Shown here piece by piece: positions 1 through 10,150 of a DNA stretch of 32,000 nucleotides. Position numbers and translations under genes: made by a program. Origin of the DNA: Sedimentisphaera cyanobacteriorum (GTDB taxonomy: Bacteria; Planctomycetota; Phycisphaerae; Sedimentisphaerales; Sedimentisphaeraceae); NCBI RefSeq assembly GCF_001997385.1, contig NZ_CP019633.1:2190001-2222000 (forward strand). Reading direction: 5' to 3'. Numbering within the stretch: the first letter of the stretch is position 1; each line of letters starts with the position of its first letter. The notes below the pieces were generated by a model. It was not told where the DNA came from, made no database searches, and saw only the letters and a program-made list of their open reading frames with translations.

Positions 1-1339
<1,339 letters not shown>

Positions 1340-1599
1340 TTCTCACTTAGGTTGTAAAATAAATACAATTTTTTGGGCGGGTAATTTGTTTTAAAATACG
1401 AAGGACACCAATGGCACGAAGAATTTTTATGGCAGGATTTGAGAATATTTTGTATAGCTATAAAGCCCTGCTATTAAAGTTTTTACGGATGATTTTGAAT
1501 AAAAATGATTTTATTTTTTATTTTTTTCTCGTTCTTTTAATCAAATCGACTTATAATTAAATAAACATTAACAACCATTAATTTTTTAGGGTAATCAAA

Positions 1600-4500
1600 A
1601 TGAAATGGTTCATCTCGCTTATTGTATTGGCAAGTTTTTCTCTGTGTTCATTTGTTTACGCGTATGACATTATAGACCCATCATATCTTTCGCCAGAAGA
1701 CGCAACTCTTGAGGGTCAGGATGTTGTAATCAAAGACGGAGGAATTCTGGAAACAGCCGGAGAGCACAGCTTTGCAAGCCTCCATATCGAAAACGGGGGC
1801 GTTCTCACTCATCCTGAAGGCGATTTGCCGGAAAACAAAATCGACCTGACAATTGCCGGCGATGTTACAATAGACTCCGGCGCAGTGATCAACGTTAGCG
1901 GGAAAGGCTATCCATCTCAAAGCGGCCCGGGTGCAGGCACTGGCACAAGAAATGATTCTCAAGGCGGGGGGGGGAGGCGGCGCCTACGGAGGCAATGGCG
2001 GCGAGCCTGGAAGCATCTATTCCGGAGGGGTTGGCTACGGTTCAATCCTCCAGCCCATTCAGTTCGGCTCAGGAGGCGGAGATGGACGAGGCGGCGCAGG
2101 CGGAAAAGGCGGCGGAAGCATTAAGATTCAGGCAGGCGGGGCAATAACTGTCGATGGAGCTGTAAAAGCCAACGGCGCAGTCGGAGCTTCACATTACTGG
2201 GGCGCAGCGGGCAGCGGCGCAGGCGGAAGCATCTGGCTTGATTCCGATTACCTCTCAGGCAGCGGCCTTATTCAGGCAAACGGCGGAGAAGGAAATGTGG
2301 TTACAGAAGAAGACGGCGGAGCAGGCGGAGGCGGAAGAATCGCTCTGTATTATTCAAGCAGCAGTTTCGCAGGAACGCTTGAAGCTTTCGGCGGAGCGGG
2401 CAGCTCAATCGGCTGCGGCGGGGCAGGAACGATTTACTCCAAGAACAAAAATGAATCAGAAGGCTTAGTGGTGCTGGACAACAATTCAAACACCAATACA
2501 CCTACTATTATTCACACCCCTGAACCGTTCAACCTCAGCTTGAGCAACGGAGCGCAGGCTGCCCTTGTGAATCTATTCACATTGAACAATCTCACTGTTC
2601 AAGCCGGCGGAATTGTTATAAACACTGAAGGAATGCATTATTCCGAAGGATCAATAGCAGGGGATGTTGAAGTTCAAGCGGACGGAATCATTCAGGCAAA
2701 TGCTTATTTCAATGCTGGCGGAGACGTAACTGTGCAAACAGGGGGGCAGATAAGTGCTGATTATCTCGGCTTCGCCAATCAGGAAGGCCCCGGCGCAGGC
2801 ACTGGCACAAGAAATGATTCTCAAGGCGGGGGGGGAGGCGGCGCCTACGGAGGCAATGGCGGCGAGCCTGGAAGCATCTATTCCGGAGGGGTTGGCTACG
2901 GTTCAATCCTCCAGCCCATTCAGTTCGGCTCAGGAGGCGGAGATGGACGAGGCGGCGCAGGCGGAAAAGGCGGCGGAAGCATTAAGATTCAGGCAGGCGG
3001 GGCAATAACTGTCGATGGAGCTGTAAAAGCCAACGGCGCAGTCGGAGCTTCACATTACTGGGGCGCAGCGGGCAGCGGCGCAGGCGGAAGCATCTGGCTT
3101 GATTCCGATTACCTCTCAGGCAGCGGCCTTATTCAGGCAAACGGCGGAGAAGGAAATGTGGTTACAGAAGAAGACGGCGGAGCAGGCGGAGGCGGAAGAA
3201 TCGCCCTTTATTACAGCAGTAATACATTCGCAGGGAATATTGAGGCCTTCTCAGGCCACGGCAATAGCGGAAATGCAGGAGGGGCAGGCACAATCTACGC
3301 CAAAAACAAAGGGCAAACTTACGGGCTCGTTACAGTGGATAACAACAGCATTCTCCAGGGACACACGCTTTTCGATACGCCTGCATCATTCAATCTGCTG
3401 GTTCAAAACGGCGGAAAAGCCGTGCCTGCTGAAAAAATATTCGCCGAAAATATTACCATTGCTGATGGAGGAGAAATCTTATCATTACAGGGCAATGGCC
3501 CTGTGGAGCTCGAGGCCGGAGGCAATATGCTGATTGAAAGCGGCGGAGAATTAAATGCCAATGCCGTTATAGAAACAGCAGGAGATTTAACGGTCGAATC
3601 GGACGGTTATCTCACCGCTGATTATAAAGGATACTCGAATGAAAGCGGTCCTGGAGCAGGCAGCGGTGTGAGAGGTGAACCTGCCGGAGGCGGCGGCGGA
3701 GCCTACGGGGGCTTCGGCGGTAACCCCCAAAGCTCATACTTTGGCGGCGCGCCCTACGGGAAAATGTACTGCCCGAGCGATTACGGCTCAGGCGGAGGCG
3801 ATGGATACGCAGGGCTTGGCGGTTCGGGCGGCGGCTCGCTTAGGGTGAAAGTGGGCGGAGAGCTCAGCGTCGGCGGCGTTTTAAGCTCCAACGGAAAAAA
3901 CGGCCCTTCACACTCATTCGGGGCAGCAGGGGGCGGAGCAGGAGGAAGCATCTGGATTACTGCCGGGTCAATCTCCGGTTCAGGGCTGATAACCGCAAAC
4001 GGCGGGTTCGGGCCAATCGTAAGCGAGCAAGACGGCGGAGGCGGCTCGGGGGGGAGAATCGCTCTGTACTCACCAGCACTCACAATGCCTATGTCTAATA
4101 TTCTTGTTTTAGGCGGGAGCGGCTATGAAAACGGCGAAAACGGCACTATCTACACCCACAGCCCATCAGACGACCTGTTCGTTTTGGATGAAACCTCGCC
4201 GGATGGCGTTTTGGACGGGTATCTGAGTTCCTTAGAGATATGCTTCTCCTCGCCGATTCAAGACAGCACATTCCAGCCCTCAGATGTGAGCATAACTGGG
4301 CCTGGCGGGGCGATTGCAGTAAGCGGTATATCGAAAACCACCTCGCTTTCCGGTAAGCCTGTTTACAGCATTAACTTCCCCGTACAAACAGCAGAGGGCA
4401 GTTATACATTCCAGATAGGGCCGAATATATCCTCGCAAAACGACCTCCTGATGAACCAGAACCACAATGAAACAGCAGGCGAGGCAAATGACTACTACAC

Positions 4501-4684
4501 CCATGAGGTTACAACAAGCTATCTGAACGAACCCGAGCTGAATGCGATGATGGAATTCTGGCTCGCTGATTCAAGCGAAGAGAACTTCCCGCAGGAATAC
4601 GATTATGCGGATAACGACATAATAGACCTGCTTGATTTCGCTAAGTTCGCTGAGAACTGGCTCGGAAGGCTTTCGAGACAATAA
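1600..4684 (+). CDS. Secreted Gly-rich three-module beta-helix-like repeat protein (Pmp-like GGAI motif) with a dockerin-like C-terminal tag; reading frame interrupted by a G9 tract at 1966-1974 (frameshift, phase-variable switch or sequencing error)
   Basis: ORF 1600..2124 supplies the signal peptide MKWFISLIVLASFSLCSFVYA and then goes out of frame after GPGAGTGTRNDSQGGGG. ORF 1931..4684 continues the same module in the other frame. Removing one G gives a single 1027-aa product. There are three modules of the form GPGAG...GGGGAYGG.GG...GSGGGDG..G.GG.GGGS..I.AGG...V.G....NG......GAAG.GAGGSIW......SGSG.I.ANGG.G.....DGG.G.GGRIALY. The C-terminus is DYADNDIIDLLDFAKFAENWLG. Confidence 0.75.
1933..2343. 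repeat. Intragenic direct repeat, copy A (411 nt, contains the G9 tract)
   Basis: Aligned by eye against 2795-3204. I find the two copies identical at every position except the length of the G run (9 vs 8). Identity decays immediately outside both ends. Confidence 0.85.
2795..3204. repeat. Intragenic direct repeat, copy B (410 nt, contains the G8 tract at 2828-2835)
   Basis: This is the partner of 1933-2343. The offset is 862 nt before the G tract and 861 nt (exactly 287 codons) after it. Confidence 0.85.
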
Positions 4685-4708
4685 AACTACAAAATTCATA
4701 TCCCCAAT

Positions 4709-4742
4709 ACACTGCCGGCATACAAACCGGCAGTGTTTTTTT
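4709..4742 (+). terminator. Rho-independent terminator of the repeat-protein gene
   Basis: Perfect 10-bp stem ACACTGCCGG / CCGGCAGTGT with an 8-nt loop, followed by a T run. It starts 25 nt after the stop codon. Confidence 0.8.
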
Positions 4743-4868
4743 ACTGAAGCTATGAGACTGCAACGCACCCTCTGAAAAACTTCAAAAAGAGGTTTGTAGT
4801 GCCTTCGAGAAAAATCGAGTTCTTTATTGACAAGGGTTTATGAAAATTTACCGCTGAACTCAAGAGAG

Positions 4869-5954
4869 CTATTCCTTCGTTACTGGCACGGCAACATTCC
4901 CGCTTCTGCCTTCATATAATACCGAAAAATACGCCATCACGGGATTGCCCTGCGAATCTGTAAGAACAAACGGTCTTTCCATACGTCTTGGATTCCAGAT
5001 TTTTCCGTTATCAAGTTTGATGTGTTTTTCCGTAAAAACGGGCTGTGAATTCGGTTCCCAGTTTTTCTTGTCTGAGGACTTGAAACACCGAAGATCATTG
5101 CCTCCCAAAACATGGCATACCATAAAGTATTCCTCAAGGCCTTTATCATACCATATACACGCATCTTCTGTCTGCCGTTTAGCGAAAACCGGCTTCTGGT
5201 CAAACTTAAACGGTCCTTCGGGAGTCTCGGATTCTCCGATAAGCTGTATTCTAAACCAGCCCTCTCTTCGGGCATCATCGCCTTTCATAATCATCATATA
5301 ACTGCCGTCCTGATAAATAACCGCAGGATTAACCGCTATATTTTTGAAATTCCCGTGCGGAACAACAGCAGGAAATTCACTGCGGCGGAACGGCCCTTCA
5401 GGCCTGTCTGCAATTGCAACGCCTATCCGCTGGGTGTTTCTTACTGTCTTGCCGTTTTGGCTGAGCCAGCTCTGGCTTAAAATCTCAGACTCTTCAACGC
5501 CGGCTTTTATCTCTGAAATGTCATTCGAAATATAGTACAGGCAGATTTTCCCATTCGCAAGACATACGTATGGATTCGAGGAATTCACAAGCCCCCATCC
5601 GCTGGATTTGCGGCTCTTTAATACCACGTTTTTAGTTTCGAACGGTCCTTCTGGTTTCTCGGCAACTGCATGGACTATTTCACTGCTGTGAAGCCATGCA
5701 CCGAAACCCCTTGATTTTGGCCAGCGATTGTAGTAAGCGTGATATCTGCCGTCTTTCCATTTAGCAACGCTGAGCCCCCAAACGTAATATTTATCATTAG
5801 CGATAACGTTTTTCGCTGTTTTGCTTTTTAGGAAATTCTCCTTCGCCTCTGCCGGTATCGGCTCAATACTGAATTCTGCGCCCGCAGCTCCCGCCGCAGC
5901 CAAAAAAACGCACATACAGATAACCGGAAAGACTTTTGCTGCTGATTTGAACAT
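4869..5954 (-). CDS. Secreted glycoside-hydrolase-like five-bladed beta-propeller protein (GH43/GH117-clan-like)
   Basis: 361-aa ORF with signal peptide MFKSAAKVFPVICMCVFLAAAGAAGA. It has repeated propeller-blade signatures (NPYVCLANGKICLYY, NPAVIYQDGSYMMIMKGD, ERPFVLTDSQGNPV) typical of GH-F clan enzymes. The exact family is not determinable by eye. Confidence 0.6.
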   Translation of the reverse strand: MFKSAAKVFPVICMCVFLAAAGAAGAEFSIEPIPAEAKENFLKSKTAKNVIANDKYYVWGLSVAKWKDGRYHAYYNRWPKSRGFGAWLHSSEIVHAVAEKPEGPFETKNVVLKSRKSSGWGLVNSSNPYVCLANGKICLYYISNDISEIKAGVEESEILSQSWLSQNGKTVRNTQRIGVAIADRPEGPFRRSEFPAVVPHGNFKNIAVNPAVIYQDGSYMMIMKGDDARREGWFRIQLIGESETPEGPFKFDQKPVFAKRQTEDACIWYDKGLEEYFMVCHVLGGNDLRCFKSSDKKNWEPNSQPVFTEKHIKLDNGKIWNPRRMERPFVLTDSQGNPVMAYFSVLYEGRSGNVAVPVTKE

Positions 5955-6374
5955 ACTGTTTACACCTTTCTAACATCTGAATTATTTGTCTCTTATAAAA
6001 CTCTGCTCAAAGTATTATATCCTGATAAGGCTGAATTTGTGATTTTCTCCGAAGAAAACAAAAAAATTGAAAATTCTTTGAAAAAAGCTGCTGTTTATTG
6101 TATTAAGATTAGAAACTGACTATGCTGAAGATATAATCTTTCTCTTGAATCAGTTGATTTCTGTCTTGTATGGTATGCGGTAACGGGTGTATCCTTTTGG
6201 GATAGACAAATGTTCATTACCACACTATACTGACAATCTAAACGAGGCTTTGGCAATATATGAAAGCGTTAATAATTAGTGAATTAGAGTCTTAGAAGCG
6301 GAGCAGCGGTTTTGTGTTGTAAATTTATGCTCTGCCGCAAAAGCTGTAAAATCCTGAGATAAAGAAATGGTTTT

Positions 6375-7901
6375 ATGACTGCATTGCTGGAAATGGACAA
6401 TATTTGCAAGTCTTTCGGGACTGTGCAAGTGTTGAAAAATGCCAAGTTCGACTTGCACCCATCGGAAGTGCATATTCTTGCAGGCGAGAATGGGGCAGGC
6501 AAAAGCACACTAATGAAAATTCTCGGCGGAATTCTTACTGATTATTCCGGCACAATACGTATGAATCAAGACGCTTCGGTGAGGTTCAGCTCGGTTCAGG
6601 AAGCCTCTGCCCACGGTATTTCAATCATCCATCAGGAATTATCCCTCGTAGGGTCGCTGAGCGTTTATGAAAACATCTTTCTCGGCAGAGAACTGCACCG
6701 TTTTTCCTGGGTGCAGCATGAAAAAATGAAGAAGGAAGTTCGCAAACTGCTTGCCGAGCTGGGGCTGGATATAAATGTCAGCCATTCGGCAGACCAGCTG
6801 CCTATAGGTCTTCAGCAAATGGTGGAAATAGCCAAAGCACTGTCCTGTGATTCCAAAATCATCGTTATGGACGAGCCGACAAGCGCCCTGACCGAGCCGG
6901 AAGTGGAAAAACTGTTCACCATTATCGCCCAGCTCAAACAGTCCGGCTGCGGGATAGTTTATATTTCGCATAAAATGGAAGAGATATATCAAATTGCAGA
7001 TCGAATTACAGTACTTCGAGACGGTCGTTACATCGGCACAGAAACTGCCGAAAACCTGCCATCAGATAAATTGGTGCAATGGATGGTGGGGCGCGAGTTA
7101 AACAAGCAGTTTGCTCGCACGCAATCGGCCAAAGACGATGTTAGGCTGGAAGCAGCCAGGATTACTGTTCCTGGCCCTCCGGAAAATCCCGTACCGGTTG
7201 TGGATGATGTTTCGTTTGAGGTGCGTGCAGGGGAAATTCTGGGCATTGCAGGCTTGCAGGGATCCGGTAATTCACAGCTGCTTCACAGTATTTTCGGTTC
7301 CTTCGGAAAAGCCGCAGAGGGAGCTTTGAAAATCGACGGAGTCCCAAAACCGATTACCGATCCGGCAAGCTCTATTCAGAAAGGTTTGGCCCTGCTCACC
7401 AACGACCGAAAAAGCACGGGGCTTGTGATAGAAATGGATATCCTTCGAAATGCTTCGCTTGCCTCGCTGAAAAAGTTTTCCAGTAAGAGCTGGCTTCATC
7501 CCTCAGCAGAGCGAAAAGCTGTTTCCCAAACAGTTCAGTCTCTTCGACTGAAGGCCGAGAGCCTTCATCAGCCGGTAAATTCTCTTTCCGGCGGCAATCA
7601 GCAGAAGGTAGTGCTGGCCAAATGGATTCAGACCGAACCAAAGGTGCTTCTGCTCGACGAACCAACTAGAGGTGTGGATGTGGGGGCGAAACAGGAAATA
7701 TATGATCTGATGAACCAATGGACTCAAGCAGGGCTTGCGATAGTACTGATTACATCCGAATTGCCGGAACTGCTGGCCATGAGCGATCGGATATTGACAA
7801 TGCATCGCGGAAGGGTAACTGCAGAGTTTACCCGTGAACAGGCGACGCAGGAGAAGATACTTAACGCCGCTTTGGGACAAACAGAGGAACTTAAAGTATG
7901 A
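6375..7901 (+). CDS. Sugar ABC transporter ATP-binding protein (duplicated ATPase, RbsA/MglA type)
   Basis: The N-half has Walker A GENGAGKST and Walker B IIVMDEPTSAL. The C-half has the signature LSGGNQQKVVLAKW and Walker B LLLDEPTRGVD. The 508-aa fused two-cassette layout is typical of monosaccharide importers. Confidence 0.9.
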   Translation: MTALLEMDNICKSFGTVQVLKNAKFDLHPSEVHILAGENGAGKSTLMKILGGILTDYSGTIRMNQDASVRFSSVQEASAHGISIIHQELSLVGSLSVYENIFLGRELHRFSWVQHEKMKKEVRKLLAELGLDINVSHSADQLPIGLQQMVEIAKALSCDSKIIVMDEPTSALTEPEVEKLFTIIAQLKQSGCGIVYISHKMEEIYQIADRITVLRDGRYIGTETAENLPSDKLVQWMVGRELNKQFARTQSAKDDVRLEAARITVPGPPENPVPVVDDVSFEVRAGEILGIAGLQGSGNSQLLHSIFGSFGKAAEGALKIDGVPKPITDPASSIQKGLALLTNDRKSTGLVIEMDILRNASLASLKKFSSKSWLHPSAERKAVSQTVQSLRLKAESLHQPVNSLSGGNQQKVVLAKWIQTEPKVLLLDEPTRGVDVGAKQEIYDLMNQWTQAGLAIVLITSELPELLAMSDRILTMHRGRVTAEFTREQATQEKILNAALGQTEELKV

Positions 7902-8893
7902 CAAAGGATTTAACGAAATCATCGGCTCATTTCTTGCATTCACCTACAACCCGCGCCCTCGGGGCGCTGATAGTGGTGATCGTTCTGGGGCTTATTTTCA
8001 ACGCTGACGGCGCCTTCCTTAAATGGGGCACGCATAGGGATATGCTTCGTGCGGTATCGGTTTACGGCATTCTGGCCTGCGGGATGACTATTGTGATTAT
8101 TGCAGGCGGGATAGATTTGTCTGTGGGCAGTGTATTAGCCCTTACAGCGGTATTGTTCTCGCTGATCTCAATACACTGGCAGTGGGGAGCTGCTTTGGCG
8201 ATTGTGCTGTGTCTAATTGCTGGGGCGTGCTGCGGGGCTTTGTCCGGCTTTTTTATCGGCAAGTTTAAGGTGCAGGCCTTTATAGCAACACTTGCTATGA
8301 TGGTTTTTGCTCGAGGTGTAGCTAAGTGGCTCTCAGGCGGGCAGAAGGTCTCCACAGCCGTTCAGCAGCCTGACGGAAGCTATGAATACGGCGAAATCCC
8401 GGAAATATTCAACTTCATTAACGCCAAAATACTCGGCGGGAACATAGCAGTTGTAACGGTGATACTTCTGGGCTGTATCCTGATCTCATGGATTCTGCTC
8501 AAAAAGCTCCGCCAAGGCCGCTATATATACGCAATCGGAGGCAATGAAGAAGCCGCTCGTCTATCAGGCGTGCCTGTGAAATCAATGAAGATTCTGGCTT
8601 TCGGTATGAGCGGATTATTTTCTGCGGCAGCAGGAATATGCCAAGCCTCGCAGGAATTCCAAGGCGACCCGGAGGCAGGGATTTCTTACGAATTGTCCGC
8701 CATTGCAATGGTGGTAATAGGCGGGACTACTTTGCAAGGGGGCAGGGGAAGCATCTGGCTTACGCTCATCGGAATACTGACTATCGGTTATCTCGAAAAG
8801 ATTCTCAGCATCAATGCCGTAGGCGAAGACAAGCGTCTGATGCTTACCGGCATAATAATTATCGCTGCGGTTCTGCTGCAGAAAAACAAATAA
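7898..8893 (+). CDS. Sugar ABC transporter permease (RbsC-like)
   Basis: 331-aa polytopic membrane protein with a GGIDLSVGS motif and the C-terminal GGTTLQGGRGS motif of the RbsC/AraH family. Its start overlaps the ATPase stop (ATGA at 7898-7901). Confidence 0.88.
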   Translation: MTKDLTKSSAHFLHSPTTRALGALIVVIVLGLIFNADGAFLKWGTHRDMLRAVSVYGILACGMTIVIIAGGIDLSVGSVLALTAVLFSLISIHWQWGAALAIVLCLIAGACCGALSGFFIGKFKVQAFIATLAMMVFARGVAKWLSGGQKVSTAVQQPDGSYEYGEIPEIFNFINAKILGGNIAVVTVILLGCILISWILLKKLRQGRYIYAIGGNEEAARLSGVPVKSMKILAFGMSGLFSAAAGICQASQEFQGDPEAGISYELSAIAMVVIGGTTLQGGRGSIWLTLIGILTIGYLEKILSINAVGEDKRLMLTGIIIIAAVLLQKNK

Positions 8894-8958
8894 CGCTTTT
8901 GAATCAGCTTCAGCTTGTTTTAAGCTGACCTATAAATTTAAGAAAGGAAAAAATAATT

Positions 8959-9915
8959 ATGAAAACGCTTAACATACTTGCATTTGCAGCTGCTGTAATT
9001 CTGTTTACCATCGGCTGCGCAAAAAAAGACACGCCCCAAGGCGATGAATCGGGCTCTGAGAGCTGGAAAATCGGAATGAGCCAGTGTAATCTGGGCGAAC
9101 CGTGGCGAGTGCAGATGAATGCAGATATCAAGGCTGCTGCCGATGAGGCAGCGAAAATTGAAGTGGTTTTCAAAGATGCTCAAAATGATACTCTAAAACA
9201 GCAGGCACAGATGGAGGAATTTATCAGTGCTGGGGTGGATTTAATAATTATCTCGCCTAAAGAAGCCGCACCTTTAACCCCTGTAGTATCTCAGGCTTGC
9301 AATCAGGGAATCCCGGTAATCGTTTTAGACCGCAGAATATTAGGAGACAATTACACCTGTTTTATCGGCGCAGATAACAGGAAAATCGGCAAGGCTGCAG
9401 GGGAATGGATAGTGAACAAACTTGACGGACAGGGAAACATTGTAGAGCTCAAAGGACTGATGACTTCCACGCCCGGTCAGGACAGACACGCTGGCTTTAG
9501 AGAAGGAATAAATGGAAGCGAGATTAACGTGATCTTCGAAGCTGATATGAAATGGCTCGAGCCTAATGCCAGAAAAGAGATGGAATCTGCTTTGGCAAGG
9601 TTCGAAGATATAGATCTGGTGTATGCACATAACGACCCTGGAGCTCACGGGGCTTATCTGGCCGCAAAAGCTGCCGGAAGAGCGAATGAAATAATGTTTG
9701 TGGGAATCGACGGGTTGCCGCAGGAAGGCCAGGCCTATGTTAAACAGGGCATTCTCTCAGCAAGTTTCGAATATCCCACCGGCGGGGAAGAAGCCATTAA
9801 AACTGCCCTCAAAATTCTCAACGGCAAAAAAGTTGACAAAGAAATAACGCTTGATTCACGTTTTTTTACTCCCGCTAACATTGATAAGGGCGGCCGTGAG
9901 CTCGAAGCGAATTAA
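8959..9915 (+). CDS. Sugar ABC transporter substrate-binding lipoprotein (RbsB-like, periplasmic binding protein type I)
   Basis: Signal peptide ending in TIGC (Cys20), then an RbsB-like pattern (WRVQMN...FKDAQND...Q....E.FI..GVDLIIISP, VIVLDR, GFREG, VYAHNDPGAHGA, VGIDG). AAGGAAA lies upstream of the ATG. It completes the A-C-B gene order. Confidence 0.85.
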   Translation: MKTLNILAFAAAVILFTIGCAKKDTPQGDESGSESWKIGMSQCNLGEPWRVQMNADIKAAADEAAKIEVVFKDAQNDTLKQQAQMEEFISAGVDLIIISPKEAAPLTPVVSQACNQGIPVIVLDRRILGDNYTCFIGADNRKIGKAAGEWIVNKLDGQGNIVELKGLMTSTPGQDRHAGFREGINGSEINVIFEADMKWLEPNARKEMESALARFEDIDLVYAHNDPGAHGAYLAAKAAGRANEIMFVGIDGLPQEGQAYVKQGILSASFEYPTGGEEAIKTALKILNGKKVDKEITLDSRFFTPANIDKGGRELEAN

Positions 9916-10150
9916 GCAATCTGATAAAGAATTAAAAGCAATGCCCCGGGATATTTAATTACTCAAAATACCGCATTTATGCAGATGAAAGCTTTTAAGC
10001 TCAGGTGAGCTCAGCAGTTTTTTGTTGAAAAATATTCTGCTGCTCTAATTGTTGTTGAATAATTCGGAACGATATATTATATTTGCATATCTGGTTAATT
10101 TTATCCGCCTTTGAGCTGTTTAAATCCGAAATCTTCAAGGAAACATAAAA

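Noticed and set aside
1933-3204. Idea that the two identical 410-nt repeats are a diversity-generating retroelement template/variable repeat pair
   Set aside because: The copies are identical apart from the G-run length, so there are no adenine-specific substitutions. No reverse transcriptase or accessory gene is nearby.
1681-4083. Multiple 60-144-aa ORFs in other frames or on the opposite strand of the repeat-protein gene (1681..1962 -, 2238..2468 +, 2301..2501 -, 2709..2906 -, 2754..3008 +, 3099..3533 +, 3781..4083 -)
   Set aside because: They are shadow ORFs of a GGN-rich coding sequence (Ala/Arg/Pro-rich, low complexity). They are duplicated because the underlying DNA is duplicated, and they have no start context or recognisable family.
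4937-5535. Several 63-122-aa ORFs overlapping the GH43-like gene on both strands
   Set aside because: All are nested within a longer ORF that has a signal peptide and propeller motifs. None has independent support.
9985-10030. Terminator after the substrate-binding protein gene (AGCTCAGGTGAGCTCAGCAGTTTTTTG)
   Set aside because: The palindrome allows only a 4-6-bp stem with a 2-4-nt loop, and the T run is separated from it. This is too weak to call.
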